64,000 nt of DNA, taken from the NCBI GenBank assembly GCA_963778655.1, contig CAVZVA010000012.1:64001-128000 (forward strand), read 5' to 3'. Both the position numbers and the translations under genes were made by a program. The notes below the pieces were generated by a model. The model saw only the letters and a list, made by a program, of their open reading frames with translations, had not been told where the DNA came from and did no database searches. Shown here piece after piece: positions 56,880 through 64,000 of the stretch (positions are counted from its first letter, which is position 1; each line of letters starts with the position of its first letter). The DNA comes from an uncultured delta proteobacterium. Lineage in GTDB: Bacteria; Myxococcota_A; Polyangia; Polyangiales; JAFGIB01.

Positions 56880-59393
56880 GTGGTGAGCGACACGGCAGCC
56901 TCCGATTGGACTCACCGCTTGCCACCGGGCGCGTTCACCGATGTCGCGGTGCTCGCATACGCGCTGTGGACCGTCGCCGCCAACCTCGTAGTGGTGGCCG
57001 GGGGCACGGCGCGCGCGCTGGGGCTCGCCGCGTTGGCCGCGCTGTTGTTGTTGCTGCTGCTGCTGGCAGTCGGCCTGCGCGCGCGCGCCTGGCGCGTTGC
57101 CTACCTGGACGATCTGCGCGACGACCCCATGCTTCCCTCTCGCGTCCCCGCGCGGGGAGCGCTGGTCGCGATGCTGGCCGCGCCGGCGGCGTCGCTGCTG
57201 GGTTGGGTCGTCACCCACAATCCCTGGGTCGCCTGGCTGGGTTTCACGCTGTCGGCTGCGGTCGCGGCCTCGTTTGCCCTGCGCGAGCCGTTCCCGCCCG
57301 CTGACCAAGGCGAGCGCGTCTCCGCGCGCCTGGAGCCGCGCCGCGGCGAGCGCGCCGCGTTGTACCTGCTCGCGCTGGCCTGCGCCGCGTTCACCTTGCT
57401 CGCGGTGCGGCCGCGCGCGGACGACACCTTCTACCTGAGCATGGCGCAGTCGGTCATCGACTATCCCGGGCAGGCGCTGCTGCGTATCACGAATCTGCAC
57501 GGCCCGGTCACCGCCCTGCTCGGGCCTCAGCCGCTGTATCCGCCCTATCGCGTCCACAGCTTCGAGCTGCTCGGGGGCCTGATCGGCAAATGGAGCGGCC
57601 TCGAGCCCGCGGCGGTGATCCACTTCGGCTTCGCCACGGCGCTCAGCTGGCTCGCGCCCTTCGCGCTGGCGCGGCTGATGCGCTTGCTCGCGCCGCGGCG
57701 CTGGTTGCTCGGCGTGACGGCGGCCGTCGCATTCTACATGATCGATGGCTCGGCCTCGCGCGGCTTTGCCAATCACGCCTTCGTGCGCATGTTCGACGGC
57801 AAAGCCGCGCTGCTCACAGTCGGCGTTCCGCTTATCTGTGCCTACGGGCTGCGGGCAGGCGCGCGGCCATCGGCGCGTCGCGTGCTCATGCTCGCGCTCG
57901 CCCAGATCGCGGCCCTAGGGCTCTCCAGCACTGGCCTGTGGCTGGCGCCGACCCTGGCCATGGTTTCGGTGGTGGCAGCCACGCCGGCGTGGCGCTCGCT
58001 ACCCAGGCGCCTCGGCGCGAGCCTGCTGAGCTCGGCGTATGTGATCGCGATCGGGCTTTGGGTGCTCGGCGCGATGGGCGCCGGCGCGAGCGCCGTCAGC
58101 AGCGACGTCGACATCGCGAGCGATGCGCCCGAGCTGGCGCTTCCGGCTCGCACGGCCGGCCCGCAGCTGTCGCCGCGCTTCGCGGCGATCGGTGAGGCCG
58201 TTCCCGCCGTGCTCGGGCCGGAACGCACTGCAATCGGGTTGCTCGCGATCGCCCTGCTGGCCTGTCCGCTCGCACCGAACGTGCTCGGCTCGCGTTGGTT
58301 CTCCTTGCTCGCGCTCTTGGCCGGCGGGGTGTTCGGCAATCCGCTGCTCGCGGACGTGATGGCGCAGCACGTGGTTGGCACCGCGACCTACGAGCGCATC
58401 TTCTGGTTGCTGCCGGTCGCGGTCGGGCTCGGTGTCTGTTGCGTCACCCTCTATTCGTGGTCTCGGCGGCGACTCCCCGCGCCGCTGGCGGGCCTGCTGG
58501 TTGCCTGCGTGCTGCTGGGCTTCTTCGGGGCGACGACGACGCGCATGGTGATCAGCAAGGAGAACCGCAGCAAGCTGGCTTTCCCGCCGAAGCTCAAGCT
58601 GCCGCCGCACGCGCAGCGCATCGCCCGCGTGATCTGTACGCTCGCGCCGCGCGGCAAGTACGCGCTGGCGGCACAGAGCGTCCTGCAACAGCTGCCGATC
58701 CTGCACCGGTGCGCCTACCCGCTGATGACTTTCGATCGCTGGATGGTGGCCCCCGCTGGTGACAAGCTCGCGCGCGATGACCTGGTTCACTATGTGAGCC
58801 GGCCCGACGACGTGCCGCTGTCGCGTGCCGCCTGGTTCGTCGGCGCGCTCGAGCGTTACCACCCCGACGTCATCGTGCTGGCCCGCGAGGCCCGCGACAA
58901 CAGGAACACCCGTTCGCTGATTCGGCTGGCCGGCTACGAACGCGTCGACCACGTGGAAGGCGACGACGTCTTCGCGCGCACCTCCGGTCGCTCGAGCCGG
59001 CAGTACCAGCGCGTCGCCCGGGCGCTGTGCGATCTCGTAGGTGCGGGGGGCAGCGCGGTGGTCGTGGCTCCCTTCGGCGTCGCGGCCGTGCTCGAGCCGC
59101 TGGGTTGCTCCACCGTGCTGACCGCCCCGTCGCAGGTGATCGGCGCGTCCCAACCGCAGCTACGCGACTTGCTGCTGCTCGAGCGAGCGGCCTTCGTCGG
59201 CAGCCGTGACTCCCGGCTCGACCTGAGGCAGCTGGCGAGCCTGTTGCGGCAGCGCGAGGCGACCGCTCTGGTGCTGACGCGTGCGGCGCGGCGCGACCAC
59301 GCCCTGACCAAGCTGCTCTGGCAGCTCGACTTCAGGTCGGCGCGCGCACTGGCCGACGACAAGATCTACCTGCGCCGGGCGCCGGCCCCGTAG
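56880..59393 (+). CDS. Polytopic GT-C-like membrane protein (DUF6077-like) with duplicated C-terminal domain
   Basis: ADDTFY, RMFDGKA, YERIFWLLP, many TM segments. Confidence 0.7.
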   Translation: MVSDTAASDWTHRLPPGAFTDVAVLAYALWTVAANLVVVAGGTARALGLAALAALLLLLLLLAVGLRARAWRVAYLDDLRDDPMLPSRVPARGALVAMLAAPAASLLGWVVTHNPWVAWLGFTLSAAVAASFALREPFPPADQGERVSARLEPRRGERAALYLLALACAAFTLLAVRPRADDTFYLSMAQSVIDYPGQALLRITNLHGPVTALLGPQPLYPPYRVHSFELLGGLIGKWSGLEPAAVIHFGFATALSWLAPFALARLMRLLAPRRWLLGVTAAVAFYMIDGSASRGFANHAFVRMFDGKAALLTVGVPLICAYGLRAGARPSARRVLMLALAQIAALGLSSTGLWLAPTLAMVSVVAATPAWRSLPRRLGASLLSSAYVIAIGLWVLGAMGAGASAVSSDVDIASDAPELALPARTAGPQLSPRFAAIGEAVPAVLGPERTAIGLLAIALLACPLAPNVLGSRWFSLLALLAGGVFGNPLLADVMAQHVVGTATYERIFWLLPVAVGLGVCCVTLYSWSRRRLPAPLAGLLVACVLLGFFGATTTRMVISKENRSKLAFPPKLKLPPHAQRIARVICTLAPRGKYALAAQSVLQQLPILHRCAYPLMTFDRWMVAPAGDKLARDDLVHYVSRPDDVPLSRAAWFVGALERYHPDVIVLAREARDNRNTRSLIRLAGYERVDHVEGDDVFARTSGRSSRQYQRVARALCDLVGAGGSAVVVAPFGVAAVLEPLGCSTVLTAPSQVIGASQPQLRDLLLLERAAFVGSRDSRLDLRQLASLLRQREATALVLTRAARRDHALTKLLWQLDFRSARALADDKIYLRRAPAP

Positions 59394-59444
59394 CAGGCCG
59401 ATCCGTTCCCGACTCTGCGCGCTCTTTTGGGCGGCGATGGGCGG

Positions 59445-61286
59445 TCACTTCGCGGGGCGCACGCGGATCACCTTGAAGGTCGGCGTTTGTCCCAAGACCG
59501 GTCTTGCGTGCTCGAGCCAGCGGATGCGGTGCTGCTGGTACTCGATCGCGTACTCGATGCCGTAGCGGGACAGCAGGCGTTCTACCGAGCGCGCGTTGCG
59601 CGCGCTCATCAGCAGGTACATGTCTCGAGTGCGGTCCATCAGGTCAGGAACGCCATCGTGATTGCGCGACGAGCGGACGAAGCGCATGTCATAGAGCTTT
59701 GCGAGCTGACGCGCGGCCATGGGATGGGTGAGCACCGTGGCGCCGCGCGGGATGAGCCGCGCCAGCAAGGCCTGGTCGTCGCGAACCGAGCTGTCGACAT
59801 GGTCGGCCGTGGGATCCAGCTCCAGCTTGCGCAGTTGCTCTAGGGCGTACGCCAACGACTCGTGTCGCCCCTGCATGTTGAGGCCGATCCACAGGGTGCC
59901 GGAGGCCAGCAGCGGCATGCTCCAGCGCGCGGCGCGGACGCCGGCCAACGGTAGCGAGAGCCCCGCGCCGATCACCGCGGCGTAGGCGGCCTGGAGCACA
60001 CCGAGCGAACGTTCGAGGATCCAGGCGGTGCCGAGCCGGCTGGCGAGCAGGGTCGCCAGCGGCGGTGTGAACAGGATGGCCAGCAGTCCTCCAACCGCAG
60101 GCGCGAACGCGGCCATTCTGCGCGGCCGCCCGATGCACAACAGCGCGCTCGCGGCTAGAAGGGCAGCGAGCGTCAGAGGGCCTCTGGTGGCGCCGTTGAA
60201 AGGTAGGTAGATCTCGCCGTCGGTGTTGCGCTTCAGCGTTCTGACCCAGGCGTTGGGATTGTGCGCGGGCCTGACGGGCGGTCCTCTGTCGTAGTCGAAG
60301 TTCGCCTGAGCCGGGGGCTGGGTCTTGGCGACGTAGAGGAACGGCGCCGACAACGCGACTGCGAACAGCGTTGCGAACGCGACCTGCAGGGCGGGCCTGC
60401 GCCCTTCGCGACGTCGCATCCGTACCAGCGTGAGCGGTACGACCGCCAGAACGACCAACAGACCGAGGTAACCCGCATACAGGCCGTGGACTTGGGCGCT
60501 CACGAGCGCGCACGCGCCCAACGCCAACAGATGAAAGCGCGGGCGATCTTCGCTGACCGCGGCGACGCACGCGCCGAGCCCGAGCGGAACCAGCCAGCCG
60601 GGCCCGAGTCTGTTTGGGTACAGCGTCCAGTCGTTGTGCCAGAACCACGCCAGGTAGAGCAGCGCTCCGATCCACGCGCCCATCCTCGACGAGCCCAGCC
60701 GGCGTGCGAGCACGAATATGCCGCAGGCGAGCATCAGCTTCGACCAGGCCAGCGTATCGGACCAAAGCTCCAGGACGTCGACGCCGGTGAGCTGGCTGCC
60801 TGCGGCGAGCAGCGCGTGGTAGAGGTTGGTGTGGTAGGCGTGCAAGAAGCCGGTGCCCACGAAAGGGTCGGCGTTGGTCAGGCCGTGGTCGCGCAGGAAG
60901 CGAATGCGGGCGAGGTGAAAGTCGGCGTCGTTGTCCATGTGGGCGCCCGTGGCCGCCGCCTGGTACAACACCACCAGCAGCACGGCGGCCCCCGAGATCC
61001 CCACCACGTCTGGTCGCCCAATCGGCCACCAGTGCGCGCGCCGGCGTGCGAGGACCAAGAGCCCGCCTGCGACCAGGGCCGCGATCGCGCCGGAGAGCCA
61101 GCTCAAGGGGAGCTCGAGCCAGTAGCCGACTACGTTGAAGGGCGACAACAGGCAGAACGAGCCGAGGTACGCAAGCCCAAGCGCCTCGAGCGCGCCCATG
61201 CGTTCGTCGTCAGGTCCGTGCAGACAGCTCAGCGCCGCCAGTCCGGGGACCGCCAACGCGAGCCAAAACAGCCACACCAAGAGCAT
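59445..61286 (-). CDS. Polytopic GT-C-like membrane protein
   Basis: VPG, NDADFHLARIR, DPF, YHTNLYHAL, YPN, QVHGLY. Confidence 0.7.
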   Translation of the reverse strand: MLLVWLFWLALAVPGLAALSCLHGPDDERMGALEALGLAYLGSFCLLSPFNVVGYWLELPLSWLSGAIAALVAGGLLVLARRRAHWWPIGRPDVVGISGAAVLLVVLYQAAATGAHMDNDADFHLARIRFLRDHGLTNADPFVGTGFLHAYHTNLYHALLAAGSQLTGVDVLELWSDTLAWSKLMLACGIFVLARRLGSSRMGAWIGALLYLAWFWHNDWTLYPNRLGPGWLVPLGLGACVAAVSEDRPRFHLLALGACALVSAQVHGLYAGYLGLLVVLAVVPLTLVRMRRREGRRPALQVAFATLFAVALSAPFLYVAKTQPPAQANFDYDRGPPVRPAHNPNAWVRTLKRNTDGEIYLPFNGATRGPLTLAALLAASALLCIGRPRRMAAFAPAVGGLLAILFTPPLATLLASRLGTAWILERSLGVLQAAYAAVIGAGLSLPLAGVRAARWSMPLLASGTLWIGLNMQGRHESLAYALEQLRKLELDPTADHVDSSVRDDQALLARLIPRGATVLTHPMAARQLAKLYDMRFVRSSRNHDGVPDLMDRTRDMYLLMSARNARSVERLLSRYGIEYAIEYQQHRIRWLEHARPVLGQTPTFKVIRVRPAK

Positions 61287-61299
61287 CGACTTGTAGGCC

Positions 61300-62295
61300 T
61301 CAGGGATCCGCCTCGCCTTCGCGGATGGAGGCGGGAGGTGCAGCAGCGGAGCCGGCCGGGAAGCCGCGCAGCGTGTCGACCACGTAGAGCGGCCGTCGTT
61401 TGACTTCTTCGAAGACGCGTCCGATGTACTCGCCCTGAATGCCGTTGCTTACGAGCGACAGCCCGTTGAACAACAGCAGCAGGGAGAGCAGCGATGCATA
61501 GCCCGGGACATCGACGCCCAGCACCAGTGTCTTGACCACCGTCCAAATGAAGTAGGCGAACGACGCGAGCGCGGTGAGGCCGCCCACGTACGTCCACACG
61601 CGCAGGGGCACCGAGGAAAACGAGAAGATCCCGTCGAGAGCGAAGTTCCACAGCTTCCAATAGCTCCAGGTCGTTTGGCCGATCGCACGCGGTGCGGCCT
61701 CGAAGTAGACTTCCGTTCGCTTGAAACCTGGCCAGGCAAACAAGCCCTTCATGAAGCGAGTTCGCTCCGGCATGGCGTTGAGCACGTCCACCACCCTCCG
61801 GTCGAGCAGGCGGTAGTCGCCAGCGTTCTGGGGAATGTCGACCGAAGTGAGCCCGCGTAAGACTCGGTAGAACGTGTGGCTGAGGCTGCGGCGCAGCACG
61901 CCTTCTTCTCCCCTGGACGCCCGGATCGCGATCACCATCATGCTGCCGTTCTTCCACTCGCGATACATGTCGCAGATCAGGGCCGGAGGGTGTTGCAGGT
62001 CGCAGTCGATGGGAACGACGGCAGCGCCTGCTGCATAAGCGAGACCCGCGGTGAGCGCGATGTCTTTGCCGAAGTTCCTGGCGAGCTCCACGACGCGAAC
62101 AGCCGGATGCTCGGCGGACGCTCGCGCCAGCAGCTCCGAGGACCGATCGCGGCTGCCGTCGTTGACGAAGACGATCTCGTGGCTCGTGGTCAGCTCGTGC
62201 AGCACCGGAAGCGTGGCCGCCAAGAACGCGTCGATAGAGCGTTCCTCGTTGTACACCGGAACGACGAGCGACAGCTCAACAGGCGCGTTTGGCAT
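61300..62295 (-). CDS. gtrB: Polyprenol-phosphate glycosyltransferase, GT2 (GtrB-like)
   Basis: SLVVPVYNEE, VNDGSRD, RNFGK..AL.AG, IDCDLQHPP, GDYRLLDR, RFMKGLFAW, GEYIGRVFEEVKRRPLY. Confidence 0.92.
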   Translation of the reverse strand: MPNAPVELSLVVPVYNEERSIDAFLAATLPVLHELTTSHEIVFVNDGSRDRSSELLARASAEHPAVRVVELARNFGKDIALTAGLAYAAGAAVVPIDCDLQHPPALICDMYREWKNGSMMVIAIRASRGEEGVLRRSLSHTFYRVLRGLTSVDIPQNAGDYRLLDRRVVDVLNAMPERTRFMKGLFAWPGFKRTEVYFEAAPRAIGQTTWSYWKLWNFALDGIFSFSSVPLRVWTYVGGLTALASFAYFIWTVVKTLVLGVDVPGYASLLSLLLLFNGLSLVSNGIQGEYIGRVFEEVKRRPLYVVDTLRGFPAGSAAAPPASIREGEADP

Positions 62296-62510
62296 GGTCA
62301 GGGTCCGGCGAGGCGGCGCGAGCCCGGCTCCACTCGGCGTTGGCATATTACATTCACAGAAGCCTGCAGCCAGCAAGTTGGAGCGCGCTGGCACTCGAGC
62401 ACCACGCATTGAAGACCGGCGGGGCCTCCACTAGGCTAGCGCCCCGCCGACTCGCCCCACGAGCCGGGTCTCGGCGTGCGTTCGACTCGGCCGGCGTCCG
62501 GTCTCACGAC

Positions 62511-63932
62511 ATGCTGCAATCGCTGCGCAACCTCCTCAACAATACCGGACCGTTCTCGCGCGCTCGGCTGGTCGGCATGCTGAGCTGGGCCGCGGTGGTC
62601 GGTTGTCTGTACGCATTCCTGCGTACCATGGCTCGCTTCGAGCCGATCACGGGGGACGGCTGGTACAACGCTTCCGACCTCAAGACGCTCGGCTCTGACC
62701 TCCCGTCGATGATCGAACGGCTCGAGCACCTGCACAACCATGGCAATCCGCGCATCGGCCAGTTGTTTACGATGCTCACCTACCTGCCTGGCGGTTTCCA
62801 CGTGGCCGTCACCCCGCTGGTGCTGTGCACGCTCTGCTTGCTGGTGCTCGTGCATGCGATGGGACGGCGTCCGCGATTCACTTCGGCTCACGACGCGTTC
62901 TTGCTGCTGTGGGGCTGCGGCGCGTGTTGGCTGGCGGCGCCTGCTCCCGGGCAGGCGTTCTTCTATCGCCCGATCACAACGAACTACGTCTACACCCTGA
63001 CGCTTGCGCTGCTGCTGCTCGTGCCGTTTCGGCTCGCCGCCAGGCGACCGTTCGGGTCGCTCGCCGTCGTGTCTGCGCTCCTCATCTTTCCGTTCGCCAT
63101 GTTCGTGGGCAAGACCAACGAGCATACCGGCCCAACGTTGATCGTGGTTGCTTTGCTCTACACGCTGGTCGCCCTGCGCCGCCGTGACTACCGCAACGCG
63201 TGCTGGATGTTGAGCGGCACGATCGGGCTGCTTTGGGGGTACTGGCTGTTGTTCTTCGCGCCGGGCCAGACAGTGCGCTACGGCAAGCTCGGCCGACAGA
63301 GCGTGGTCGAGACCATCGTCGGCAGGGGCCTGCTCGGCAACGCGGAGCTACTCAACGAGCTGTGCGGATACGTCGCCCCCTTGTTGGTCGCCACCTTGTG
63401 CGGCGTGGTGGCGTACGGGTTTGCCCGGCGCAAGCAGGCTCCCGACCCGCAGCCGCGGTTGCGGATCGAGGCGCTGGGCGCGTACGTGTTGGCCGCGGCG
63501 GCCGTGGCTGGCACCTCGCTGGCGGCGCCCAAGAATCACTATCGGCTGTTCATCGCGCCTGGAGTCCTGCTCGCCATCGCGTCGGTAATCGCAGTGGATT
63601 GGATCTCGAGCGAACGCGGCGTGCGCCGACTGCTCGTCACGCTCGCGCTTGCCCTGAACTTGGCGTTCGCGTGGGTGTTCTTGGCGTTGTATGGGCGGAT
63701 CCACGAGGACGAGCTCGAGCGCCTCGCGATCGTGCATGCGGCCAAGCCACGCCAGCTCGTGGTGGTGCCGATGATGCGAGACTACAAACGCGATGCGCTG
63801 TTCTATGGCGACAGTCTGGGAGTCGACGCGCGACATCGCGCGCGCATGCAGTTGCTCTACGGGCTGCATCGGGTGAAGGTGGTGCGGCGCGAGGCCTGGG
63901 AGAAGGCGCGGGCGAAACGAAAGAAGCACTGA
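62511..63932 (+). CDS. Polytopic GtrC/DUF6056-like glycosyltransferase
   Basis: GDGW, NPRIG, TNYVY, TNEHT, FAPG..VR, divergent from gtrB. Confidence 0.7.
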   Translation: MLQSLRNLLNNTGPFSRARLVGMLSWAAVVGCLYAFLRTMARFEPITGDGWYNASDLKTLGSDLPSMIERLEHLHNHGNPRIGQLFTMLTYLPGGFHVAVTPLVLCTLCLLVLVHAMGRRPRFTSAHDAFLLLWGCGACWLAAPAPGQAFFYRPITTNYVYTLTLALLLLVPFRLAARRPFGSLAVVSALLIFPFAMFVGKTNEHTGPTLIVVALLYTLVALRRRDYRNACWMLSGTIGLLWGYWLLFFAPGQTVRYGKLGRQSVVETIVGRGLLGNAELLNELCGYVAPLLVATLCGVVAYGFARRKQAPDPQPRLRIEALGAYVLAAAAVAGTSLAAPKNHYRLFIAPGVLLAIASVIAVDWISSERGVRRLLVTLALALNLAFAWVFLALYGRIHEDELERLAIVHAAKPRQLVVVPMMRDYKRDALFYGDSLGVDARHRARMQLLYGLHRVKVVRREAWEKARAKRKKH

Positions 63933-64000
63933 TATCGCACGCCGTGATCCCAACCCGGAGATGGGAAGGCGACGCCCGCGCCGGGCCGGGACCGAGTCGA

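Overview
High-GC window whose gene content points to a myxobacterium (probably Polyangiales-like; inferred, not proven). It has two zones. Zone 1 (about 1-41.5 kb) is a dense array of about 18 predicted lipoproteins, most with Gly/Thr/Ala/Met-rich tethers. Their catalytic domains include a DUF5695-like protein, a PL1 pectate lyase, a CE8 pectin methylesterase, a GH8 glucanase, an expansin/DPBB-like protein, seven alpha/beta-hydrolases (two closely resemble PETase/cutinase), a PQQ beta-propeller and two c-type cytochromes. They are interspersed with three AraC regulators, a broken Ser/Thr kinase-AAA gene, a GST and an amidohydrolase-TauD pair. Zone 2 (31-34.7 kb and 41.6-64 kb) is a surface-glycan locus with wzx, three GT4s, wbpG-hisF2-hisH2, wecB, gtrB and eight polytopic GT-C-like proteins. 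Non-coding highlights are a sigma54-driven, three-hairpin sRNA candidate with C-rich loops (14947-15055, minus strand, Pxr-like architecture), two MITE-like elements, a dispersed palindromic repeat, candidate AraC direct-repeat operators and a short gmd-like remnant ORF. Several single-base frameshifts may be long-read errors. No rRNA, tRNA, CRISPR or transposase was seen. All family assignments come from motif recognition, not database searches.
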